Numbered from the stretch's first letter, positions 1 through 8,861 are shown. The stretch is DNA of 15,250 bases from Gemmatimonadota bacterium (GCA_040389905.1 JAZJZK010000063.1:1-15250), one strand, 5' to 3'. Numbers and translations: made by a program. Notes: generated from the sequence alone by a model not told the origin.

Positions 1-56
1 ACGCCTTTCCGGTTCTTTTTGCTGCCTGCGGCAGCTACATCACGCTTGGGGTAGGC

Positions 57-449
57 CTAGAGTCGCTTCGCCGTGAACGTGCCGGTCGCCTGGCCTCCGA
101 TGTCGATCTCTCCCTTCAACGTACCGTCCGCTTCGACCGCTCCCGTGTACGTCACGGCGACCGACGTGCCCTGAATGGCAGCCTTGAAGGAGAAGTTGAT
201 CTTCCCGGCCTTGAACGTGCCAGCGAGATCCGACTCGCCAAGCACCGCAGACGAATAGTGGCCGGTGAGCGAGTCACCCTGCTGCGTGAGCGTGAGCGTT
301 GGCGTACCGGTGCCCGCGCTTGTCTTCACGGCGAGCTGCCACTTTCCGGTGAGATCGACCTTGCCTTCCTGCGCTCCGGCGATGTTTGGAAGCAGTGAAA
401 CGCTTGCGGTCATCACGAGCGCCGTCAGATACGAGCGGAAGCGCGACAT
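57..449 (-). CDS. Secreted small beta-rich (probable beta-barrel) hypothetical protein, paralog A, 130 aa
   Basis: ATG at 449 has an AGGAGGA Shine-Dalgarno (456-462). Sec-type signal peptide (MSRFRSYLTALVMTASVSLLPNIAGA|Q). Mature part is alternating beta-strand sequence with an N-terminal LTGKW motif and C-terminal FTAKR. About 57% identical (74/130, hand alignment) to the neighbouring gene. Confidence 0.85.
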   Translation of the reverse strand: MSRFRSYLTALVMTASVSLLPNIAGAQEGKVDLTGKWQLAVKTSAGTGTPTLTLTQQGDSLTGHYSSAVLGESDLAGTFKAGKINFSFKAAIQGTSVAVTYTGAVEADGTLKGEIDIGGQATGTFTAKRL

Positions 450-516
450 CGGCAGTCCTCCTGTGCTGTTGCGTGGATGCGTCTGCTGGCCGTTCCTTGA
501 AGTGCGGGTCATCGCG

Positions 517-545
517 AAGATGGGGCGTCCGGCAATTCCACGCCA
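517..545 (-). promoter_or_regulatory. Putative sigma70-type promoter of paralog A (TGGCGT-N17-CATCTT)
   Basis: Both hexamers and the 17-bp spacing are exactly conserved upstream of paralog B (1041-1069), while the spacer sequence has diverged. Confidence 0.5.
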
Positions 546-584
546 GCGGGTGTGGCACCGTCGTCCCCGCGCGGCGTCACGTCG

Positions 585-974
585 TTATTGCCGCTTCCCG
601 GTGAATGTGCCGGCCTTCCCACTGATGTTCACCGCACCACTCATCGCACTGTCGTTCTCGACAATTCCGGTGAACGTCGCCGGCACCACGGTACCCACAA
701 CCTTCGCCTCGAAGCTGAAGTGGAACTTTTCGGCCTTGTAGTTGCCCGTCAGTTTCGCTTTACCAAGGTCGAATGAATTGTAGAGCCCGGTCAGGGAGTC
801 ACCCTGCTGCTTGAGCGTAAGCATGGCCGCCGTGGGTATAGCGCCAGTCTTCACCATGAGCTGCCACGTACCCGTGAGGTCCAGCTTGGCCTCTCGCGCA
901 GACAGTGCGCTGGGGGGAAGCGTCACGGTTGCTACCATCACGAGCGCGGTCAGGTACGAGCGGAAACGCGACAT
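585..974 (-). CDS. Secreted small beta-rich hypothetical protein, paralog B, 129 aa
   Basis: ATG at 974 has an AGGAGGA SD (981-987). First 13 residues are identical to paralog A. Signal peptide ends ALSA|R. Shares DLTGxWQL, QQGDSLTG and GTFTxKR blocks with paralog A. Confidence 0.85.
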   Translation of the reverse strand: MSRFRSYLTALVMVATVTLPPSALSAREAKLDLTGTWQLMVKTGAIPTAAMLTLKQQGDSLTGLYNSFDLGKAKLTGNYKAEKFHFSFEAKVVGTVVPATFTGIVENDSAMSGAVNISGKAGTFTGKRQ

Positions 975-1040
975 CGGCGGTCCTCCTCTCTGGGCGTGGA
1001 TGCGTCCATGGCCGTTCCATGCAGGTACGATTGCACCGCG

Positions 1041-1069
1041 AAGATGCTGCGTCCGCCGACTCGACGCCA
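1041..1069 (-). promoter_or_regulatory. Putative sigma70-type promoter of paralog B (TGGCGT-N17-CATCTT)
   Basis: Same hexamers and spacing as 517-545. Confidence 0.5.
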
Positions 1070-1154
1070 GCAGGCGTGGCGCCGTGGCACACCCCACGCG
1101 ATACTCCGCCTACCTGCGATTCCGCTCCCCACCGACTCGACCGACATCGCTTTC

Positions 1155-2741
1155 ATGACTCGACAGTCTCTTTCGCTCATGCTCGTCAGCGCGTCGTTGC
1201 TGGCCGGCTGCCAATCACCGCCGCCGACGACGGCACCCACGCCGCGGCCGGCTACCCAGGCGGGCAATCTCGTACCGAGAATCGTCCCCGCGCCGGCATC
1301 ACTCAGCCTCGCGGCCGGCGCGCCGTTCACACTCGACGCGGCGACGAGTATTGTCGCCGACGGGGGATCCAGCGAAGGCATGCGCACGGCCGAGCTGCTC
1401 GCGGCGATCTTGCGTCCCTCGACCGGATTACCGCTGCCGGTGAGCGCAGGAACGGGCGCATCCACCTCCGGGACGATCGGATTCCGCCTCGCCGCTGACC
1501 GAGCATCGCTCGGCGAGGAAGGGTACCAACTCGCCGTCAGTCGGGACTCGGTGCGCATCGTCGCCTATCGCCCCGCCGGTCTGTTTCACGGCGCCCAGAC
1601 GCTCAGGCAGTTGCTGCCGTTCAACGTCGAGTCGCACATGAAGATCTCCCAGGTCCCATGGGTGATCCCCGCCGTGACGATTGCCGATCAACCACGATTT
1701 GCCTGGCGTGGCGCGATGCTCGATGTCGCGCGGCACTTCTTCAGCGTACGCGAAGTCAAGCAATACATCGACCTGCTCGCACTCTACAAGTTCAACACAT
1801 TGCACCTCCACCTCTCTGATGATCAGGGGTGGCGTATAGAGATCAAATCGCGACCACGACTGGCGCTTGTCGGCGGGAGCACGCAGGTCGGCGGTGGTGA
1901 CGGCGGCTACTACACCCAGGCCGACTACGCCGAAATCGTGAACTACGCGCAGAACCGGTATGTCACGATCGTTCCGGAAGTCGATATGCCCGGCCACATC
2001 AATGCCGCACTGGTGTCACATCCGGAACTGGCCTGCAGCAAGCGTCCCACTGCGCTGTACTCGGGAACCGACGTCGGGTGGAGCACCGTCTGCGTCGAGA
2101 AGGAGGAGACGTACGCGCTGATCGATGACATCGTCCGCGAGATCGCGGCGATGACGCCCGGACCGTACTTCCACATGGGTGGCGACGAGGTCGAGGTGCT
2201 CACGCCGCCGCAGTACGCCCTCTTCGTCGAGCGCGTGCAGGGCATCGTCGGCAAATACGGAAAGCAGATGATCGGCTGGGAAGAGATTCACAAGGCGAAG
2301 CTTCTCCCCACGACCATCGTCCATCAGTGGCGCAACGACTCCGTGACGGCGATGCTGCAGAACGGTGGCAAGATGCTGCTCTCTCGCGGCAGCCGCCTGT
2401 ATCTCGACATGAAGTACACGCCGGCGACCGAGCTGGGCCTCCGGTGGGCCGGATTGATCGAGATTCGGGACGCCTATGATTGGGACCCCGCGGCCTACAT
2501 GCGGGGTGTGTCGGAGCGCGACATCATCGGTATCGAGGCGCCGCTCTGGACGGAAACGGTACGCAACATCACCGCCGCCGAGTATCTGGCGATGCCACGA
2601 TTGCCCGCGGTTGCGGAGGTTGGTTGGTCTGCGCAGGCCGCGCGAAATTGGGAAGATTTTCGCGAGCGGCTTGCCGCACACGCTCCACGTTGGAACGTGC
2701 TTGGCGTGAACTTCTACCGCTCTCCGCAGATTCCGTGGTGA
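1155..2741 (+). CDS. Beta-N-acetylhexosaminidase (GH20), predicted lipoprotein, 528 aa
   Basis: GH20 motifs: DQPRFAWRGAMLDVARHFF, LHLHLSDDQGWR, VPEVDMPGH, catalytic FHMGGDE, EAPLWTE, MPRLPAVAEVGW. N-terminal GH20b domain (LGEEGYQL, GLFHGAQTLRQL). The ATG at 1155 gives a signal peptide with an LAGC lipobox followed by a Pro/Thr linker. Confidence 0.95.
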   Translation: MTRQSLSLMLVSASLLAGCQSPPPTTAPTPRPATQAGNLVPRIVPAPASLSLAAGAPFTLDAATSIVADGGSSEGMRTAELLAAILRPSTGLPLPVSAGTGASTSGTIGFRLAADRASLGEEGYQLAVSRDSVRIVAYRPAGLFHGAQTLRQLLPFNVESHMKISQVPWVIPAVTIADQPRFAWRGAMLDVARHFFSVREVKQYIDLLALYKFNTLHLHLSDDQGWRIEIKSRPRLALVGGSTQVGGGDGGYYTQADYAEIVNYAQNRYVTIVPEVDMPGHINAALVSHPELACSKRPTALYSGTDVGWSTVCVEKEETYALIDDIVREIAAMTPGPYFHMGGDEVEVLTPPQYALFVERVQGIVGKYGKQMIGWEEIHKAKLLPTTIVHQWRNDSVTAMLQNGGKMLLSRGSRLYLDMKYTPATELGLRWAGLIEIRDAYDWDPAAYMRGVSERDIIGIEAPLWTETVRNITAAEYLAMPRLPAVAEVGWSAQAARNWEDFRERLAAHAPRWNVLGVNFYRSPQIPW

Positions 2742-2811
2742 ATCCGGTCGCGTGGCACGACGAGAAACACCAAAAGAGAAACTCCTAACCCGATGGACAG
2801 GGCGGCAAGTT

Positions 2812-2916
2812 GAGGAACGGATTCCACGGATGCGACGGGGGTAACCCGATCCAAAGCCTCTTTTTGGAGTCGTTTGATCCGGCTGTTATCTGTGGCATCC
2901 GTTTGATCCGTTCCTC
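2812..2916. repeat. Imperfect long inverted repeat built on ACGGAT units (REP-like hairpin)
   Basis: Left arm gaggaacggattccacggatgcgacgg matches the reverse complement of the right arm (gaggaacggatcaaacggatgccacag). Inner hairpin tccaaa-N7-tttgga. Confidence 0.75.
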
Positions 2917-2921
2917 TCGTG

Positions 2922-3082
2922 TCCGTCCTGAAACTGCCAATTCCAGAGTTGTCACCCCCGAGCGAGCGAAGCGAGTCGAGAGGGTCTGCACTACAAACCG
3001 AGACTGAACGTGCAGATCCCTCGACTTCGCTCGGGATGACATCCATGGTGTTGCGCGCCAGAAATGGCAGTTTCAGGATGGA
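2922..3082. repeat. Outer 21-bp inverted repeat pair enclosing the REP-like hairpin at 2950-3041
   Basis: 2922-2942 tccgtcctgaaactgccaatt versus the reverse complement of 3062-3082 tccatcctgaaactgccattt (19/21 match). Confidence 0.75.
2950..3041. repeat. TGTCA-tagged REP-like palindromic doublet
   Basis: Left arm tgtcacccccgagcgagcgaagcgagtcgagagggtctgcac (2950-2991) versus the reverse complement of 3010-3041 tgtcatcccgagcgaagtcgagggatctgcac, with an 18-nt loop. Lies between convergent genes. Confidence 0.8.
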
Positions 3083-3155
3083 GACAAGCTCGGTTGTGGC
3101 CTGCGTTCACGATTCACGCGACGCGGCCACGCCGACGATGATTTCAAGCTGCGCC

Positions 3156-5419
3156 TCACGACAGCACGGCTTGCTCGTTCAACAGCTGGCGCACTGCGAG
3201 CGCCAGCTCGGACGGCACGAACGGTTTTCGTAGCAGCTGCGCACCGCGTTCGAGCACCCCTTTGCGCAGCAACTCGTCGTCCGTGTAACCGGAGACGTAC
3301 AACACCGGGGTATTCGGTCGCTGGCCCCGAACGAGCTCGGCCAGCTCGCGCCCTCCCAACTCCGGCATGATCAAGTCGGTCACCAGCAGGTCGATCCTGC
3401 CGTCGAAGCTGGCACTCAACCGCGCGGCGTCGCCACCGTGTCGCGCTTCGAGCACCGCATAGCCGTGATCCGTGAGCACGCGCCGCATCACCGATCGCAG
3501 CACGGACTCGTCTTCCACGAGCAAGATCGTCTCGGTGCCGCGCAACTGCGCTTCGTCCGACTCGAACGGAGCAATACTCCCTTCCGAGGCGATCACTGGA
3601 AGTAGAATCCGGAAAGTCGAGCCCTCACCGACGACACTCTCCACCTCCACCCGTCCGCCCGATTGTTCCACGATCCCATGGACGATGGCGAGTCCCAGCC
3701 CGGTTCCCTTTCCCACGGACTTCGTCGTGAAGAAGGGGTCGAACAGCCGGTCTCGAATCGACGGTTCGATGCCGGTGCCGGTGTCGGACACGCTGATCGC
3801 CACATACTCGCGCTCCGTTCCATCGTCAGCCAACGCGCTGCAGTTGGTTGTCTCGAGCGAGATCGTGCCGCCGTCCGCCATCGCGTCGCGCGCGTTGACC
3901 ACGAGATTGAGGATCACCTGCTCGAGTTGGTGCACGTCGACTTCCGTCGTGCTGTGCCTGGCATTCGGCGAAACGACGATTTCTATGTTTTCGCCGATCA
4001 GACGCGCGAGCGACTTCTCCATCGCGCCGAGTGAGGCATTTACGTCCACGATTTCCGTCTTCAACATCTGCCGGCGGCTGAACGCGAGGAGTTGCCGCGT
4101 AAGCCCCGCCGCGCGGTCGGATGCACCGAGGATCTCCCTTACGTCCACGGCCACGTCCTCTGGCGGCGACGCTTCGAGGACGAACGACGCGCACGCGGTG
4201 ATGATCGTCAGGAGGTTATTGAAGTCGTGGGCCACACCGCCCGCGAGCTGGCCGAGCGCCTCCATTTTCTGCGACTGCATCAGTCGTTCCTGAAGCTGGC
4301 GGCGTTCAGTCATGTCCTGGCCAATCATGAGCGTCGTGCCGTCCGAAAGATTGATGCACGCCCAGGAGCTGGGGATGACCCTGCCATCCTTGCCCAGAGG
4401 GTCGAAGTCCTGCCATTGCAGCACACCGCACCGGAGCGCGGTCAGCACACGCTCAGCGTCTGCCGCGTCGGGAAAGCACGTCTTCAACACTTCGGTTTCC
4501 TGGGCCTCCTTCAGGGTGAGTCCGAAGACGCGCTCCCACTCGCGGTTGACGTACTGCACATTGCCGTCGTGATCCATCACCGACACCATCACCGGCAGGT
4601 GATTCAGGATCGTCTGGAGGAATTCAGATTGCCGCGCCAGTGCTTCACTGCCCAGCTTGCGCAGGGTGATGTCCTCGATCACCGAGACGAAACCGTTCGG
4701 CGCCCCGTCGGCATCGTACACGCGCGTGACCGTCGCACGTCCCCACGCGAATGACCCGTCTTTCCGTTGGTAGCGCTTTTCATAGGTGACCGACGCGTCG
4801 TCTCGGTGTATTCCATCATGCGCCGCGTCAGCTCGATGTCTTCGGAGTGCGTGATGTCGATGAACGACCGGCCCAGAAGGGCATCGGGCGTCTCGCAGAG
4901 AAAGCCCGCGAACGATGCATTGACGCTGATGAACCGGCCGTACGCGTCGGTGAGCGCCAGTCCAACGGCCGACTGCTCGTAGATCGAGCGCAGGCGCGCC
5001 TCGCTCTGGCGGAGCGCTTCTTCCTGTTGCCGGCGGTCCGTGACGTCCATCGCCGTACCGATCATGCTCGCCGCCGCGCCCGTCTCATCGCAAATCACAC
5101 ATCCGCGACTGTGGAGGTAAAACCAGCTGCCGTCGCGGCGCACCAGGCGGCAGTCGTAGCGGAATGGTGCCTTCATCCTCAGCGACTCGCCGATGATACC
5201 TGCCACGCGTTCGCGGTCACCCGGGTGGACGAACGAGAGATATGTGTCGAGTCCCAGCGTCAGCGACTGCGGCGCGAGCCCGAAGAGTCGAAAGAGCTCG
5301 TCGGACCACAGGACTGTGTCGGTCGCGATATCCCAGGTCCACGTCCCGACATGCACGAGTTCCTGTGCCTGCGTCAGTAGCGCAGCATTGAAGCCGCGCG
5401 AGTCGGCGAGAGTTTCCAT
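3156..5419 (-). pseudogene. PAS-PAS-PAS-HisKA-HATPase-REC hybrid sensor kinase (CckA-like architecture), split by a 1-nt frameshift near 4790-4830 (true lesion or sequencing error)
   Basis: Upstream ORF has PAS motifs (GTWTWD..LWSDELFRLFG; VHPGD; DITHSED). In the -1 frame the second PAS/PAC continues SVTYEKRYQRKDGSFAWGRATVTRVYDADG directly into ORF 3156..4721. That ORF has an H-box (GGVAHDFNNLL), N-box (NLVVNARDAM), FDPFFTTK..GTGLGL and a receiver domain (VEDE, TDLIMP, SGY, KPF). Start is 5419 or 5437. Corrected length is about 754 aa. Confidence 0.85.
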
Positions 5420-5454
5420 GGACACCAGTAGCGACATCGACCACGAAAAACTGC

Positions 5455-5516
5455 GTCGGGGATTTCCCTGAAATCGTGTCGGGAGGCGGCCGGACAGCAT
5501 CGGGGCAACTCCTGCC
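5455..5516. promoter_or_regulatory. Three phased imperfect palindromic boxes (putative response-regulator operators)
   Basis: GTCGGGGATTTCCCTGAA (5455), GTCGGGAGGCGGCCGGAC (5478) and ATCGGGGCAACTCCTGCC (5499), spaced 23 and 21 bp, in a divergent intergenic region. Confidence 0.55.
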
Positions 5517-5595
5517 AGCCCGGCGGCGGCTTCGCGGCGCAGCTTTCTTCGATCGCGACCCTCCCTCCGTCGCACGACCCTGACCGAGTCTCCAA

Positions 5596-6093
5596 GTGAT
5601 CGAGCGCTATCTCGCGACGCCGCTATTCTGTGTGTTCGCGCTCACTGTTCAGGCGCAGGAAACGCGCGGCGTTTCTGGTCCGATGTCCGATTCCGCTGCA
5701 AACCGCTGCTCCTATCAGACCTGCGCGCTCGGCATCGTGCCGGTCTGGAACGGCCTCGCGGTCGTCGAGGGTGTGATGCAAACGCCGCGCGCCAATCTCA
5801 ACTTCTTCCTGCCGCGAAGCCTCGGTGCCACGTTCAGGGGAGACTCCGCGCTGTCCTACAGCACTCGCGCCGTTCAGACACGGATGATTGCCGCGGCGTT
5901 CACCGACGTCGGCGTGGCCATCGCTGTCGTTGTCGCGGCACACGGCCTCCACACTCGGCGACTCACGACAGCGGATCGCCTGCTTGCCGTGGGCGGAGTC
6001 GCGAGCCTCGCTGCGAGCGTTCCACTCCAATTCTCGGCGGACGGCTTGTTGAGCCGCGCCGTGTGGTGGCACAACGCGGGGACGACGCGCTAA
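5596..6093 (+). CDS. Hypothetical exported/membrane protein, 165 aa
   Basis: Signal-peptide-like N-terminus (..FCVFALTVQA|Q), a CSYQTC cysteine pair, two C-terminal hydrophobic Gly/Ala-rich segments and a terminal LSRAVWWHN. Fills the gap between two minus-strand genes without overlap. Confidence 0.7.
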   Translation: MIERYLATPLFCVFALTVQAQETRGVSGPMSDSAANRCSYQTCALGIVPVWNGLAVVEGVMQTPRANLNFFLPRSLGATFRGDSALSYSTRAVQTRMIAAAFTDVGVAIAVVVAAHGLHTRRLTTADRLLAVGGVASLAASVPLQFSADGLLSRAVWWHNAGTTR

Positions 6094-6106
6094 CCCAGCC
6101 GGAGCA

Positions 6107-6556
6107 TCACTCGTCTGATCCAGGTCGCGCGGACCGCCCCGTCACTTCATCGATGTGAATCCTGAACAGGATGAGTCGCGACGGTGCCGGGTCATCGGCC
6201 GTAAGAATGCCCGGACAGAGCGACTCCAGGAGTTCGACTCCACGAAGGTACGCATCGGAGGAACCACGCTCGGGATCAAGGTCCTCGAAGCTACCGCGGA
6301 CCACCACGCTGTCCCAGTCGAACATCCCACGCACTTCGTCCACCTCGAACGCACACCACCTGTTATGCGCAAGCTGTACAAGCTTCGACCCGACCTGGGT
6401 GCGGCCGTACAGCCACTGCTCATCGAAGACGTAGTTGAGGGGCTGGATGTCAGCTCGGTCGCGAAAGGTGAACGCGAGCCGGCCGACATTGTGACGCGCA
6501 AGGATCGCAAGTGATGATGTGCGATCGAGCGAGGTGAATCGCGTCGCGGTCGTCAT
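6107..6556 (-). CDS. Pyridoxamine 5'-phosphate oxidase-like flavin-binding protein (NimA/Pyridox_ox_2 type)
   Basis: Motifs VGRLAF, IQPLNYV, YGRTQVGSKL, CAFEVDE, WDSVVVRG, IDEVTGR. The ATG at 6556 has a GGAG SD and overlaps the sulP stop (ATGA). Alternative start at 6568. Confidence 0.9.
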   Translation of the reverse strand: MTTATRFTSLDRTSSLAILARHNVGRLAFTFRDRADIQPLNYVFDEQWLYGRTQVGSKLVQLAHNRWCAFEVDEVRGMFDWDSVVVRGSFEDLDPERGSSDAYLRGVELLESLCPGILTADDPAPSRLILFRIHIDEVTGRSARPGSDE

Positions 6557-8195
6557 GAGCTGCTCCATTGTGGTGGTCTCCCGATGGGTTGTGAACCGTC
6601 CCGCGGCAGGTGAGTCTCCACTGCACGCCTCGCAGCATCGAGCGCCGAGTCCAGTGTGTCGAACAGCTGCGCGTGCCCGCCCACGACGATTTCCGATCCG
6701 CGCAAAACCTCGAGCGGCTGCGGCCGAAGCTCCGTGAGATACGTCGATGCACGATCCGATGACGTCCGACGCACCAGTTCCGCCAGCGCGCGCAAACCCG
6801 TGCTGTCCAACGCCGGCACGTCGCGCATTCGCACGATGAGCACGCGTGGAGTGCCGGCCACACTCCCCAGCGTGTCCCGGAACGCCGTCGCCGCGCCGAA
6901 AAACAACGGGCCCGTGATCTCGAACACCTCGACACCTTTCGGTACGCGGCGCGTGTCGAACACGGCATCCTCGAGTTGATCCGTCACGACATTCACGCTC
7001 GTGACCTCGACCATGCGACGAATGAACAGAAACGCGGCGAGTACCATCCCGACGCTGATCGCCACCGTCAAGTCGACGAACACCGTGAGCGCAAAGGTCG
7101 TCAACAGCACCACGACATCGCTCTTCGGCGACGTCAGCTCACTGCGAAAGCCCCGCCAGTCGCTCATGTGGTACGCCACCACGACGAGGATGGCCGCGAG
7201 CGTCGCGAGCGGGATGTAGGCGGCCCATTTGCTGGCAAAGAGGGTAATGACGAGCAACGTCAGCGCGTGAATGATGCCTGCGACCGGCGTGCGTCCACCG
7301 CTCTTGACATTCGTCGCCGTCCGCGCAATCGCGCCGGTCGCTGGAATGCCGCCGAACAGCGGAGACGCGACATTCGCCAGGCCCTGCGCAATGAGCTCCA
7401 TGTTCGACCGGTGGCGCCCGCCAATCATGCCATCCGCGACCACCGCAGAAAGCAACGACTCGATCGCCGCGAGCATCGCGATGGTGAACGCCGGCGCGAC
7501 CAGACCGCGTATCTGCGCCATGGTGAGGACGGGCACCGTTGGATGCGGAATGGCGGATGAGATCTCCCCGAACCGGCTTCCGATCGTTTCGACGGGGAGA
7601 TGCAGGAGCCACACCGTCACCGACGAGACGATGAGCGCGACGAATGGCGCCGGGACGCGGCGGCTCACCGACGGCCAGAAGATGATGATGGCCAGTGACA
7701 GCACGCCGACGCCGGCCGCAGCAGGCGTCATCGCCCCGGCATGCGTGAGGAGCGCGTCCCACTTCCCGACGAAGTCAGCAGGGACGACGCCCATCTTCAG
7801 GCCGAAAAAGTCCTTGACCTGCGACGACAGGATGAGGAGCGCGATGCCACTGGTGAAGCCCGTGACGAGCGGATGCGGGATGAAGCTGATGACCGACCCG
7901 AAACCGGCCAGCCCCATGACGATGAGAATCACCCCCGCCATGAGCGTGGCGACGGTGAGCCCGTCGATCCCGTATTGCTGGATAATGCCGTAGACGATGA
8001 CGACGAAGGCGCCGGTCGGTCCGCCGATCTGCACGCGCGAGCCGCCGAATACCGAGATCACGAAGCCGGCGACGATCGCGGTCCAGAGTCCAGCGGCAGC
8101 GCGACGATTCCAACGATGATGCCAGCTACCGTGTCTTGCGCGAACTGCGTGCGATCATACGATCGGAGCGTTGTGACCAGTTTGGGAACGAACAC
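6553..8195 (-). pseudogene. SulP/SLC26 anion transporter with STAS domain (DauA/BicA-like), with a frameshifting internal deletion at about 8091
   Basis: GTG at 8195 gives MFVPKLVTTLRSYDRTQFAQDTVAGIIVGIVALPL, then the sequence jumps to GLWTAIVAGFVISVFGGSRVQIGGPTGAF in another frame. The usual intervening AIAFAIASGxxPxx segment is missing. The rest is intact (AIESLLSA, SNMELIAQG, ATGAIART; STAS GPLFFGAA, DSTG). Confidence 0.88.
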
Positions 8196-8861
8196 CTACG
8201 TGGTCTTCAGCAACCCGAGGCGGAGACAGAACTGTACATAGTCGGCGCGGTGCGACAGACCGAGTTTCTCCGTGATACGCTGTTTGTACGTCTCCACCGT
8301 TTTCGGGCTGATGAACAACCGTTCGCCGATTTCCGAGGCGGAGTATCCACCTGCGACGTGTACGAGCACGTCGCGTTCTCGCTCGCTCAACTGCTGGTAC
8401 TGCGCGCGTTCGTCAGCATGCTCCGCTCGGCGGCTGACATTGCGCGCCAGCGCGAGTGCCGCGGAAGGCTGGACGTAGCTGTCTCCGGCGGCAACCGCGC
8501 GGACGGCGTCGGCGAGCTCGCGGTCGGCGGCGCTCTTCACCAGGTAGCCCGCTGCACCGGCCTCGAGCAGGGACACGAGATACTCGTCCTCGGAATGCAT
8601 TGTGAGGATGAGGACTCGCGTGGCGCTCTGCCGCTTGACGAGTTCCTTGGTGGCGGCAATGCCATCCATGACCGGCATGTCCAGATCGAGGACGGCGACG
8701 TGCGGCGCGAGGCGCTCCACGAGTGCGATCGCTTCCCGGCCATTCGTTGCCTCGCCAACGATCTCGATGTCGCGGTTGGTAGCCAGAAGCGCCTTCAGTC
8801 CCGCCCGGACGACGAGATGATCGTCCGCCAGGATGACGCGGATGGTGTCGTTGATGACCAT
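8196..8861 (-). CDS. NarL/FixJ-family response regulator (REC + LuxR HTH), 221 aa
   Basis: ADDHLVVRAG, phosphoacceptor LDLDMP, LTMH, GYLVK; HTH LSERERDVL..EIGERLFISPKTVETYK. AGGGG SD. Its stop directly abuts the sulP GTG. Confidence 0.95.
   Translation of the reverse strand: MVINDTIRVILADDHLVVRAGLKALLATNRDIEIVGEATNGREAIALVERLAPHVAVLDLDMPVMDGIAATKELVKRQSATRVLILTMHSEDEYLVSLLEAGAAGYLVKSAADRELADAVRAVAAGDSYVQPSAALALARNVSRRAEHADERAQYQQLSERERDVLVHVAGGYSASEIGERLFISPKTVETYKQRITEKLGLSHRADYVQFCLRLGLLKTT

Noticed and set aside
16..35. Hairpin GCTGCC-TGC-GGCAGC next to a T-run as terminator for paralog A
   Set aside because: On the minus strand the stem is followed by As, and on the plus strand the Ts precede the stem. 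The geometry is wrong for an intrinsic terminator.
528..545. Sigma54 promoter TGGCGT..TTGC upstream of paralog A
   Set aside because: GG-to-GC spacing is 9 rather than the required 10, and TTGC is not conserved in the paralog B copy.
996..1154. 53-aa N-terminal extension of the GH20 ORF, and the similar extensions of the two paralogs to 512 and 1097
   Set aside because: They run through the conserved promoter/leader DNA. Downstream ATGs give proper signal peptides and, for the paralogs, strong SD sites.
2714..3233. Short ORFs across the intergenic repeat cluster (2714..3046, 2785..3042, 2810..3007, 2919..3233)
   Set aside because: They are translations of palindromic repeat arms with no recognisable domain or SD.
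4679..5575. Stand-alone PAS protein separate from the kinase at 3156..4721
   Set aside because: The PAC motif continues seamlessly in the -1 frame, so the two ORFs are one interrupted gene.
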